Virus record (IMG/VR): IMGVR_UViG_3300048918_000089
Span: 18,457-82,456 of that record
Reading direction: 5' to 3' (one strand)
Source of the DNA: a virus
Length of the DNA stretch: 64,000 bases
The number at the start of each line of letters is the position of its first letter. Position 1 is the first letter of the stretch. This document shows positions 18,901-28,600 of this stretch, piece by piece. The position numbers and the translations under genes were made by a program. The notes below the pieces were generated by a model that saw nothing but the letters and a program-made list of their open reading frames with translations, was not told the origin of the DNA and did no database searches.

Positions 18901-20183
18901 AGAAAATTCTTATTGCGATTCCGACAGCGAAGTATATTGAATCCGAGACGTTCAAGTCCATCTATGATCTTGACGTCCCTGAGGGGTACGAAGTCTCCTT
19001 CCAATACTTCTACGGCTATCAGATCGACCAAGTGCGGAACTTGATCGCATCGTGGGCAGTGAAGTACGACTACCTGTTCTCAGTTGATTCCGACATTGTG
19101 CTCCCGAAGGATTCACTGCGGAAGTTGCTCGCAGCGAACGTCGATGTGATTTCAGGTGTCTATGTCCAACGGATCCCGGGTGAACAGAACATCGAAATCT
19201 ACGGCTTCCATCCGAGCGGGGCAACCCCTCGACTGAAGTACGAGCAGATTGCAGGGGGCATCCACAACGTTGCGGGTGTCGGCATGGGTTGCTGCCTCAT
19301 CAAGTCTGATGTATTCCGCACGCTTCAGTACCCGTGGTTTGAGTATCACTCGGCCCTCGACCATGCGAACACCCTCTCTGAGGATGTTGACTTCTGCAAC
19401 AAGGCTCGTGTCGCAGGCTTCAATATCTTTGTTGACGCCACGATCATCTGCGACCATATCGGCGCAACGACCTTTCGGCTTACACCCATGATCCCAAAAG
19501 AAGATGAATCCGTAAAAGTCGCCAAGCGCCTAGAGGAACTATCGAACCAACCCCTGCTGCCGCAGAAGCACATTGATCACCTCTACAAGATGTACGCCGA
19601 GGGTGTGCAGCCGAAGGTCATCTATGATGTGGGCTCATGTGTGCTCCACTGGACGAACCCCGCGAAGAAGGTATGGCCCAAGGGCCGCTTCATCTGCTTT
19701 GAAGCGATGCGCGAAGTCATGCCTCTCTATGCAGCACAGGGTGTCGAGGGCTACTCGGCGGTACTCTCTGATGAGGATGGGAAGGAGATTGCGTTCTTTG
19801 AGAACCTTGAACACCCAGGTGGAAACTCGTACTACCGCGAGAACAAGGCCCACAACCCCGAAGTCGACCAGTACTTCAACGACTCACATCGCAGGGCGCG
19901 AGTGACGAGGACACTTGATTCGCTCGCGGCGCAGCACGACCTCCCACTGCCCGATCTTATCAAGATGGATATTCAGGGAGCGGAACTCGACGCGCTCAAG
20001 GGTGCGAAGATGGTTCTCCAGCAGGCCAAGTGGCTGATCCTTGAACTCCAGCATGTGGAATATAACAAGGGAGCCCCGAACTGGCAAGAGGTAGTAACCT
20101 ATCTTGACAGTCAGGGCTTCGACTTGGTTGAAAAGTTCGTTGAGACGAACGTGGACGGCGACTACTATTTCCGCAGACGTTAG
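18897..20183 (+). CDS. GT2-like glycosyltransferase fused to an FkbM-family methyltransferase
   Basis: ILIAIPT...YLFSVDSDIVLP...GMGCCLIK...SEDVDFC; VIYDVGS...DLIKMDIQGAELDALKG. Confidence 0.85.
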   Translation: MKKILIAIPTAKYIESETFKSIYDLDVPEGYEVSFQYFYGYQIDQVRNLIASWAVKYDYLFSVDSDIVLPKDSLRKLLAANVDVISGVYVQRIPGEQNIEIYGFHPSGATPRLKYEQIAGGIHNVAGVGMGCCLIKSDVFRTLQYPWFEYHSALDHANTLSEDVDFCNKARVAGFNIFVDATIICDHIGATTFRLTPMIPKEDESVKVAKRLEELSNQPLLPQKHIDHLYKMYAEGVQPKVIYDVGSCVLHWTNPAKKVWPKGRFICFEAMREVMPLYAAQGVEGYSAVLSDEDGKEIAFFENLEHPGGNSYYRENKAHNPEVDQYFNDSHRRARVTRTLDSLAAQHDLPLPDLIKMDIQGAELDALKGAKMVLQQAKWLILELQHVEYNKGAPNWQEVVTYLDSQGFDLVEKFVETNVDGDYYFRRR

Positions 20184-20572
20184 CCGAACGTACCCCCGTC
20201 GATGACACCTGGGTCGGCAGTCACAGTGATTGTGCGACCCACGAGTGTTGTTTGGACGCCGTTCTCGCCAACAATAGAAAGCATCTGTCCGGGACCCACT
20301 GAGCCCACACCAATGTCTGCCGCAATGTTAATCGTTGAATCGGGGACAACAGGTGCGGGCACTTCGATGGGCTGAACCTTCCAGCGCCCAGTGTCACCAT
20401 CATAGACGAGCATGTCGCCGTCATTGACACCATTGCTTGAATCAACGTTGGAGAGGTCCTCAAGCGGAAACGGATCGAGCTTGATGGGCTGGTTGACCGT
20501 GCCTGCCGCAGCCAACGGTCTGTTGAGCGAGACGGTAACTTGTGGGGGCGTGTGTGCGATTGGATCAGCCAT
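20180..20572 (-). CDS. small virion structural or fibre-associated protein
   Basis: LEDLSNVDSSN...DGDMLVYDGDTGRW motif and IDGGTF C-terminus, both typical of T4-like virion proteins. Confidence 0.6.
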   Translation of the reverse strand: MADPIAHTPPQVTVSLNRPLAAAGTVNQPIKLDPFPLEDLSNVDSSNGVNDGDMLVYDGDTGRWKVQPIEVPAPVVPDSTINIAADIGVGSVGPGQMLSIVGENGVQTTLVGRTITVTADPGVIDGGTFG

Positions 20573-20937
20573 TATGCGATAACCCGTGAGATTGTGGGAT
20601 TCAGCGTAATGAGGCCCTCAAGGATCTTGTATTTTCCTACAGCCTGAAGGAGTGTGTCGTCTTCAAAGACGGTCACCATCACGTCATAGAGATAACGACC
20701 CGATGCCATCGCGTCGGTTTCAGACGACTCAAGCGTGAGTTCAAGGACGCCATCTGCTGAGGGGCCGACTACCGCCTGTGAAAATGAGACGACGTTTTGT
20801 GCCGTGGGGTGGCGACGAATGAGCGCACGCACAAGACAGAGCGACAGGTCCAGTGGGGATCCGAGAGGATCCCTCACCGTGATTCGGAAGCTGAATGATG
20901 CGCCTTGGTCAACAACTAGATTTTGAATGGCTGCCAT
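20572..20937 (-). CDS. virion structural protein (BppU N-terminal-like Ig fold)
   Basis: NLVVDQGASFSFRITV...DLS...GRYLYDV...KILEGLITLNPTIS; late promoter at 20962-20969. Confidence 0.65.
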   Translation of the reverse strand: MAAIQNLVVDQGASFSFRITVRDPLGSPLDLSLCLVRALIRRHPTAQNVVSFSQAVVGPSADGVLELTLESSETDAMASGRYLYDVMVTVFEDDTLLQAVGKYKILEGLITLNPTISRVIA

Positions 20938-20961
20938 GGGATACTCTGTGAGGGTACAGAG

Positions 20962-20969
20962 TATTTATC
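20962..20969 (-). promoter_or_regulatory. T4-type late promoter (GATAAATA) overlapping the stop of 20965-22065
   Basis: Plus strand tatttatc. Confidence 0.55.
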
Positions 20970-22065
20970 GGATTGAGCAAAGCTCCATAATCATTGGATG
21001 GACCTGCACGGGCATCGACGCCGTGGACAGGTCGTGTCTCTCAAAATTGGATTCGAGGTCCTTCCACTCAACCGTTACCTTACCTGGGTAATTGAGGATT
21101 CCGTGTGCCGAACCCTGCAATGCACCTGCGCGAACATTCTCCCAGTACTCGCCAATATTGCCGCGAACCCACGTGTCAAGACGCTGCGAAGCGATGGGGT
21201 CCTTGGTCATGATGATCCTACGAGTAAGCTTGAATGACTCGCGATACGCCGTCCTGAATGCCTCCCACGGAGACGTTGCAAAGCGACCCTCTGAGACAGT
21301 CCAGGGAATGGAATGGAACGGCGACGCCATCGTGAAGTCGAGACCGAAATCGTCGGGGGTCGTGTGGACTGAGTGGGCTGAATAGAGTCCGATTCCCATG
21401 TGCCCGTACTCAAGCCCATTGGAGGCATTCTTCGACTGAAAGATCCAGTGATGATCGGGTTGAAGAATATCAGGGTAGAAATTGAACACGTCGGGATCGG
21501 TGACGTAGTTCTTCCCTGTCACGACCCAAAAGTGGGAGTCGTACTGTGCTCGCAGCGAACACGCGAGGAACATATTCTTTCGACCCTGTACGTTCTTCAC
21601 CCACTTCGCTTCAGGATACAGGGACTTGAGACGAAGCCAATTCACCTCAGCGTTTTTCTCGCCGTTCGACACAAAGAATACGGGGAAGTGTCCGTACTTT
21701 GGGAACGTCAGTCCAGCCGTGAACACCGTCTTGGATCCCAAAGCCTCATCGTTGAGCACTGCCTGCTTGTGGAAGAGGCGTAGCGGTCCCCATTCAGAGA
21801 CGTATCGGTCTGAATATTCTAGGGGTTGAAAGACGTACTGGCGGGTCTGTGAGATTGTCGGATGCTCAGGGACAAACTTTTCTAGTTCACCCTTGGACTT
21901 GATTTGATCGGCGTCGTTAAGGAGCCAGAACCAATTCGTCTTGGCGTATGCCGCAGCTTGACGTGCAGCATGTTTCCAGTGTGTCTCATTCTCCGAGATG
22001 ACGTAATCACCGAACCCCCGATGATTACGCCAACCCCACGACACTACATCAAACTTGCCGATCAT
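20965..22065 (-). CDS. putative glycosyltransferase-like (GT-A-related) protein
   Basis: VFFVSNGEKNAEVNW...KNVQG...FWVVTGKN...KNASNGLEYGHMGIGLY...SPWEAFRTAYRE, a pattern seen in GT-like proteins of large phages; no canonical DxD. Confidence 0.5.
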   Translation of the reverse strand: MIGKFDVVSWGWRNHRGFGDYVISENETHWKHAARQAAAYAKTNWFWLLNDADQIKSKGELEKFVPEHPTISQTRQYVFQPLEYSDRYVSEWGPLRLFHKQAVLNDEALGSKTVFTAGLTFPKYGHFPVFFVSNGEKNAEVNWLRLKSLYPEAKWVKNVQGRKNMFLACSLRAQYDSHFWVVTGKNYVTDPDVFNFYPDILQPDHHWIFQSKNASNGLEYGHMGIGLYSAHSVHTTPDDFGLDFTMASPFHSIPWTVSEGRFATSPWEAFRTAYRESFKLTRRIIMTKDPIASQRLDTWVRGNIGEYWENVRAGALQGSAHGILNYPGKVTVEWKDLESNFERHDLSTASMPVQVHPMIMELCSIR

Positions 22066-22909
22066 GGAACTTGAGGTCTGGGTAGTCGTTCAGGGTTCCC
22101 TTCTCGGAGACAAGCGTGAGCACGGGCCCAATAGGCATGAACATCTCACCACCATACTGACCTTCTGAATCGGGGAACAGATGGATCGTCGTCAACTCGG
22201 TGTCGTTGTCGGGGAACCAACCTGGCCATGCGCGCGAATCTGAGACCCATGCAAAATTCAATTTCTGATGTTGCATCGTTGCCAGTGCATGTCGTAGGTC
22301 GCGCACGTCGAAGCCGACCTCAAGAATCGCCGTACCCATCTTGATCTTCCCGGTGTCAACGAGCCACGTTCGATTGCCGATCTTGCTGACGCCCACACAT
22401 CCAGGTGCCGCCGCGACAACTTCTGGTGATTCAGTCGTGAGCGAATCGGTGTAGAGCTTCAAGCCCTGATTCACTGCATACCGCAGAAGAGGACTCGGCA
22501 GCGTGTGCACCTTTGCAGCGACAGTGGGATTCACGTCGATCACATGAATGCCAGGCCAGTGCCATTCATCATAATCCTGAGCAGAGTTCTCCTTGAGCAC
22601 CTCTGGGGCGCCCACGACACCTGCGATGATGCCGCCCGCAGAGAGAACAATCGGGCCGTCAATGTGATCCCACTTCACTCCATTCCACTTATACAGCTTT
22701 CGCGTTGCACCGTGTTCGGCGACGATAGGATAGATCGTCTGCTGCGACGGCGCGTTTGCATCGTCTCCAAACATGATCCACCCAGTGCTCTTTGAAGATG
22801 TGTGAACCATTCGGTCAAACCAACCGAGATTGCGCACCCACCCCTTGCGTTCAATCGTGAAGTGTTCCCACAACTTTGAATGACAAAGCCACGTCTCACC
22901 TTTCAGCAT
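22049..22909 (-). CDS. hypothetical protein
   Basis: 286-aa Trp-rich ORF overlapping both neighbours within the GT cluster. Confidence 0.55.
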   Translation of the reverse strand: MLKGETWLCHSKLWEHFTIERKGWVRNLGWFDRMVHTSSKSTGWIMFGDDANAPSQQTIYPIVAEHGATRKLYKWNGVKWDHIDGPIVLSAGGIIAGVVGAPEVLKENSAQDYDEWHWPGIHVIDVNPTVAAKVHTLPSPLLRYAVNQGLKLYTDSLTTESPEVVAAAPGCVGVSKIGNRTWLVDTGKIKMGTAILEVGFDVRDLRHALATMQHQKLNFAWVSDSRAWPGWFPDNDTELTTIHLFPDSEGQYGGEMFMPIGPVLTLVSEKGTLNDYPDLKFHDRQV

Positions 22910-23600
22910 GTTGTTTCACCAGTTTGCGTTTGACGATTTGATCCTCGTTCGTACCGATCGACGGGCCGTAGGCCCAATGCCCAACATGTCGAATCTGCCG
23001 CGAGAGATTCATGTCCACCATGATCTTGTGCCCTGCTTCGCGAAGCTTCTGTTGGAAGTAGAAATCTTCGCCCATCCAATCCTTCTGTTCTTCTTGCCAC
23101 GTGAATGCGAACCACGGCTGCACAATATCTCCGAGGAGTTTCGTGTCCATGAGCACACAACCCATGCCAATGCCCTCGACTTCTTCCAACTCCTCTTGCG
23201 ACTCAAGCGGGAGCCACGAATCCCAATCACCTAGTTTCTCATACGCAACCGTCGTGAGGGGCGCCGCCCGCTTCATGTAGTTTGCTGCGACAATGGATTC
23301 ATTGTGCGCCATGAGGCGGATCGCCGTCGTTGACGGGAAGATCATATCAGAGTCGAGCCAGAGGATCCACTCTGCATTGATTTCTAGGGCGCGCTTCGCG
23401 AGGTTCTCTCGTTGGTTCAAGAGAATCGTGGACATGTCATAGAGGACATGGACGTCATGACCTACGAGCGTTGTGGTCTTGACGAGTTCAACGAGCGACG
23501 ATGAGAACGTGGCGTAGACCTGTTCGCGGCACGGAACCAAGATCGCCAGCTTTGACGGACGACCTTTCCAGGCCGACAGATCATAGATGGAGCGACTCAT
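22896..23600 (-). CDS. GT2-like glycosyltransferase
   Basis: Likely start MSRSIYD at 23600; AILVPCR...RENLAKRAL...LWLDSDMIFP...GIGMGCVLM...GEDFYF. Confidence 0.8.
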   Translation of the reverse strand: MSRSIYDLSAWKGRPSKLAILVPCREQVYATFSSSLVELVKTTTLVGHDVHVLYDMSTILLNQRENLAKRALEINAEWILWLDSDMIFPSTTAIRLMAHNESIVAANYMKRAAPLTTVAYEKLGDWDSWLPLESQEELEEVEGIGMGCVLMDTKLLGDIVQPWFAFTWQEEQKDWMGEDFYFQQKLREAGHKIMVDMNLSRQIRHVGHWAYGPSIGTNEDQIVKRKLVKQHAER

Positions 23601-24049
23601 TGTCCGGGAATGCCCGAGCCCAACTTCTCTGCCTGCGCTGTCACGTCTGAGATGAGTGCAACGAGTTCCTGCACTCGCTTGACGACGAGGGAGTAGTCGG
23701 CAAGGGGGAACTGCGAGATAGTTTGGAATGTCGCGAGGGAATATTTCCCGTCGATGAGCATTTCGGAAGCGGCCACCCGTGCCCACTTCTCGATGGTCTT
23801 CAGACGATCAATGCGAAGATCACCTGAGAACCAGCGTGCAACCTCATCCGAGTTCTGCTCAGCCCAAATTGATTCGAGGATTTTGCTCATCCTCGAATCG
23901 GGGAAATGGTCACGCCAATATGCGAGCGTGTCAAGGAAGGTGTGCATTTCCTCCTTGTCGTAACCGATCTTGGCCCAGAGTACATGCCGAAGATGGTACT
24001 CTGACTGAGGATGGTTGCCCGCCAATTCACGAATCTCTTTCAGTTCCAT
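23597..24049 (-). CDS. hypothetical helical protein
   Basis: ATG at 24049 with a GAGGA Shine-Dalgarno; start/stop-coupled to the downstream GT gene. Confidence 0.6.
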   Translation of the reverse strand: MELKEIRELAGNHPQSEYHLRHVLWAKIGYDKEEMHTFLDTLAYWRDHFPDSRMSKILESIWAEQNSDEVARWFSGDLRIDRLKTIEKWARVAASEMLIDGKYSLATFQTISQFPLADYSLVVKRVQELVALISDVTAQAEKLGSGIPGQ

Positions 24050-24079
24050 TTTCAATCCTCACGTTAAACTTCACATAAC

Positions 24080-24108
24080 AATGTAACTTACCTAACCGAA
24101 AGACGCAA
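24080..24108 (-). promoter_or_regulatory. sigma70-like promoter TTGCGT-N17-TACATT driving the minus-strand GT cluster
   Basis: -35 at 24103-24108, -10 at 24080-24085. Confidence 0.55.
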
Positions 24109-24113
24109 TCGTT

Positions 24114-24293
24114 TTAGTATGTGTTTGGAGTAGTTCGTCCGCCGAAAGTTCCCGAGAGAGGAACGGCACCGGTTGAGATGCCGATTGCGCCCGCCTCGTT
24201 GCCGCGCAGGGTAACCTGGCCCGCGCCGAGTCCGTATGCGTTTCGGACTCGGCCCATCGTGATAGCTGAACCAGATGCTGGGATTAGACCCAT
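24114..24293 (-). CDS. small Gly-rich fibre-tip or adhesin-like protein (59 aa)
   Basis: Below the ORF-track cutoff: MGLIPASGSAITMGRVRNAYGLGAGQVTLRGNEAGAIGISTGAVPLSGTFGGRTTPNTY; directly follows an S74-bearing fibre. Confidence 0.6.
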   Translation of the reverse strand: MGLIPASGSAITMGRVRNAYGLGAGQVTLRGNEAGAIGISTGAVPLSGTFGGRTTPNTY

Positions 24294-24305
24294 TTGATGC
24301 TCCTA

Positions 24306-25448
24306 CTAGTAACGGGCCGTGACCAGCGAAACCTGACGCTGGAGCGAATCAACCTGACCGCGGAGTTCCTTGATCGACTCAATGAGCAGGGGAACGATCT
24401 TCTCGTACTTGACGGCCAGCGTACCATCTTCGCGCTGGGCGACGACTTCAGGAAGAATGGACTGCACTTCCTGCGCGATGATACCTACGTCATGCTTGCG
24501 GACAAAGAAGCCGTCCTCACCACCGCGCGCATCAATGACTTCCTTCTTCCAATCAAACGTGACACCGCGAATCTGCTGGATCTTCTGCAAGGCGCCGAGA
24601 ATCGGAACGACGTTCTCCTTGAGCGATGCATCCGACGAGTAGTACGCGGTCACTTCGTTCGTTGCGCGAATTTCACCACCGACACCCGATGCGGCCGTGC
24701 CGACACCGAATGACGCGAACTGAACAGCCGCGCCCGTGTGAATGTTCTGCGGCAACGAGAACGTTACTGAACCCGTGTTCGCAGAGACAGAGACCTGATT
24801 GACAGTTCCCGCGACAGAGACGACCGTACCGTCAACGTACGCCTTTGTTGCCGCATGCGTGCCGACTGTCGGTGCACCTGCGAGCGTGAGCGCACCCGAC
24901 ATGGTGCCACCCGCAAGAGGCACATACAAGCCCGTTCGCGTGTCCACATACTGCTTCGTTGCAGCACCGAGACCGGTCGTCGGATCGGACGCAAGAATCA
25001 GCGTACCGATAAGCGTACCACCCGCGAGCGAGAGGCGCAGTGCAGCGACGGCGTCGGCATACTGCTTCGTTGCAGCCTGCATTGCCGACGCAGGATCGCC
25101 TGCGAGCGTGAGTGCACCCGTGAGAGCGCCACCCGTCAGCAGAAGGTAGAGCGCAGCCTTCGTATCAACGTAGGTCTTCGTTGCAGCACCGAGACCCGTT
25201 GTTGGATCGGCTGCAAGAATGAGCGGGCCTGTGAGCGTGCCGCCTGCCTTGGCAACGAATGTGTTGTCGGCATACTGCTTCGTTGCAGCGTGTAGACCCG
25301 CAACAGGATCACCATTAAGGGTTAGCGCACCCGACATGGTGCCGCCCGTCTTGTCCAACTTATCGTTGTACAAGTCGTTGAAGTTGCCGTCAACCTCAGC
25401 GTTCGTTAGCGGCGCACCCTTGACGAGTCGTAGGACCGGAGGAGCCAT
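24306..25448 (-). CDS. short fibre with GGTxTGxLxLxxDP...ATKxYVD repeats and a C-terminal S74-type chaperone
   Basis: Five ATKxYxD repeats; YYSSDASLKENV...VGIIAQEVQSILPEVV...VKYEKIVPLLIESIKEL. Confidence 0.8.
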   Translation of the reverse strand: MAPPVLRLVKGAPLTNAEVDGNFNDLYNDKLDKTGGTMSGALTLNGDPVAGLHAATKQYADNTFVAKAGGTLTGPLILAADPTTGLGAATKTYVDTKAALYLLLTGGALTGALTLAGDPASAMQAATKQYADAVAALRLSLAGGTLIGTLILASDPTTGLGAATKQYVDTRTGLYVPLAGGTMSGALTLAGAPTVGTHAATKAYVDGTVVSVAGTVNQVSVSANTGSVTFSLPQNIHTGAAVQFASFGVGTAASGVGGEIRATNEVTAYYSSDASLKENVVPILGALQKIQQIRGVTFDWKKEVIDARGGEDGFFVRKHDVGIIAQEVQSILPEVVAQREDGTLAVKYEKIVPLLIESIKELRGQVDSLQRQVSLVTARY

Positions 25449-25451
25449 GGT

Positions 25452-25667
25452 TTATCCTTTAGTGGTGACGGTGTTGATTAGTTGGAGCATCAGATCCCGC
25501 AGGGATCCGATTTCTTCGCTCACTCTATTTAGTTCCAGTTGCATCCTATCAATAACTGCTCTGTCCCCGCGCGACTGAATGTACGCCGCGCGAGATTTGA
25601 CGTCCTTGTTCACGAGCCCCTTTGAATTGGGGTCGCGGACAAATGGGTGTTCTTTGATAGCGTTCAT
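25452..25667 (-). CDS. small coiled-coil hypothetical protein
   Basis: FVRDPNSKGLVNKD...LELNRVSEEIGSLRDLMLQLI; typical small gene after the large virion protein of T4-like phages. Confidence 0.65.
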   Translation of the reverse strand: MNAIKEHPFVRDPNSKGLVNKDVKSRAAYIQSRGDRAVIDRMQLELNRVSEEIGSLRDLMLQLINTVTTKG

Positions 25668-25674
25668 TGTGCCT

Positions 25675-28600
25675 CTATGCCATTAGCGAGATGGCACGCA
25701 TGTCGCGCACCTTCGGTACCAATGACGTGTTGTTGGATAGTAGAACGATCTTGATAGCGAACGTCTTGTACCCCGAGTAGCTTGAATATGTATAGACGCC
25801 TGACGTGAGTACCGAAGAAGGCAACTCGTAGATGACTTCAGCTGGTGTCTCGGTTGACGACGACTGCGGATCAAGCAGAATCCACGGCCGTGCCAAGAAC
25901 GATGTGGGGTCAGATGCGTGCAACAGCTTTGCGTAGACCTCAATCGTCGTACCCGCAGGCGTTGACTGTGTGAGATAGACGCGCAGATCCTCCGCATCCA
26001 TTCCTGCATCAAGCACAACCTTTCGTGAGATGTACCGCGAGAGTGCAGAACCACCCGCAGCGGCCGTCTCATTCGTGTCAACATCGTTGATGGAATTCGA
26101 CACGAGGATGACACCCGCCTTCTTGAGGTCGATGACAGGCGACACATCAGAATTTGTTGACGACAGCACACCCGTGAGATTGAATGTTGACAGTGTGGTC
26201 GAAGCGGGATACACTGAGCACTCGGCATGCAGGTCTGTTGACTGTCCAACACGAACAGCCAGCGCAGTACCTGCAGAACCACCCGTCAGCGTCGGGGTGG
26301 CACTCCAATCAACGGCCGTACCCACGAAATTCAGCACACCCACATTCGGGGTCAGCGTATTGTACGGGCGCGTCACCAGTGCAACAACTGTCGCCGTCTT
26401 GACCGAATCAGCCGATCCCGAGATGAGCGACGTTGCCGTGAGCGCCGACCCCGCAACGAATGGGACTGATGACGGCGACAACTTCTCAACCTGCAGAATG
26501 AGTGCTGTCTTGTACCGTGCAACATACTTGATACGTCCATTCTGATTTGTTGTCGTTGTTGCAATCACTTCGCCTGGGACAAAGTCAGCCGAGTTACCCG
26601 TCATCGTGACCGAGAGAAAGTCATATGGCGCGTTGTTCAGCACCGCCGTTCCCGATGATGCCGTATTAAACACCGCCTGATACAGCGTGAACTTGACGTC
26701 CTCAGCCTGAATCGGAGTCCATGATGAGTTGTTCGCCGAGACAAACAGAACACCCGTTGCAGGCTGTTCCGTAATGCGTGTCGTCGTACCGAGCATGTTC
26801 TCGCCTAGCTCAGAGACCCACAGTTCATACTCGTCTGAGTTGCCAGCGGGCATGACGACGAAGCAGTACTCCGTATCATTCTTGAGGTACACTGGGGCTG
26901 GGAACACACATGGGGTTGCGTTCGTCGCCGTATCATCAGCATTGATTTCGCTGGGCAGCAGGGTCACAGATCCGAACGGCACCGTGCGTCCCGTTGGGAC
27001 ACCGTTTGAAACCTCACGAATCTCTACTGTGATCGGAGCCGTTACAGCCTTCTTGCGGAAGTAGAGGTCGATCTTCGACACAAACATGCCCGCTGACTTG
27101 CCCGAGACGAGGAACGTCTGTGCGATAGGATCTTGATTCGTGAACTGCCCGAATGGACCCAGATCAACGGGGAACGTATTGTTGAACACAATATCAGCCA
27201 CATCGCGAGTTTCCGTAACCGTCTGCTGTGAGACGACTGGTACGCGTGTTGCGACGATGGTGTTCTGCTCAACCGTGCTCAGTCCCGATGCGGTGAACAT
27301 CGTGATGCCCGATGAGTGAATAAAGCCCGGGCGATTCTGCGAGTCATCAACAACTGAGAATGTCTTGGTCCCTGTGCGGAACTTACCCGCTGGGATTCGA
27401 AACTCACCCACCAACTTACCCGTTGCATCGGCAATCATCGGCGCGCCGTACGCGGGTGCTGAGATTGTTGCGCCCGCCTGATCCTTCGTTGGACGGCAGA
27501 ATGCTGTAACATCCTCACCGTCGAAGAAGGCGTACATGCGCGTGAGTGGCTTGAGCCGCGTTGCCGTAAAGCTAACGACGATTGAGCGCATGTACGGCAG
27601 CAGGGCCGTTGACAGCACGCGCGAGCCACTGTTCTGATATGTGGTCTGTGAGGAAACTGACGTCTGGATTCCCGTACGTGACTGATGCGAGGTCGATGTT
27701 GTAATGACACGATCCTGCGCAACAGGCACATCAGGAAGAAAGTCGATGTGTGTTGGGATCATGTCGATCAGTGGGCTGCTCGGTGTGAGCATTCCAAACG
27801 CACCAGGCAGCGATCCTGTGAGGATCGGTGACGCGACAGGGATTGGAGCAACAATCGGTGGCATATTCAGCGTCTCAATATCAACGCCTACCCAGATTGT
27901 CTCCCATGCACCCCATTCGGTGCTCCATGAATCCTGACGATTGTCCCAGTTATCAGTGCCGCCGTCAGTGTTTACATCTGGCGCGCGGGTCACGTCCGTC
28001 CAGATATCCTGGGGCGGATCAAGCACGATGTTGCCGACATAATCGAACAACAGTGCGCCGACGCAATTGCGGGGCTTCGATGCGAACGGGTTGCGCGCAT
28101 AGATGCCGTGCGTGTAGGGCAGCATGAGCAAGTCGCCCGAGAGTGAGACGATGGGCGTGCCGCTAACCGTTGATGCAATACCACCGACTGTTACAGCCTG
28201 CAAGTCAGAGAATGATCCTACGATGTTCTCGACGTGAAGCTTGGTGCCGACACGATGACGAACAGTTCCTGATGCAGCAGGTCCCGACGTTGAAACAATC
28301 GTGTCACCTTCGTTACCCACAAGGCCCGCGAGGGTGATGATTGCATCCGACGCCTTGCGAACCAATCCTGTTGAAGAATTGAGTGCGAGGTCGATGTGGT
28401 CAAGATTGAAGTACGGGCGAAGCTCTCCCAACTTAGGATCAATCGAGCAGAGGTATTCAGAATCGTAGACGTTACCAATCGTGTGATCGTTGAACGAATC
28501 AACCAAGATGCCGTTCTTGAACCGATCAACCCCGGGTGCCGTCGGCGAGTCGATCAGGAGGTTCGAGGTCTCCTGTTCAAGCAAGGACAGCGAGGTGTAG

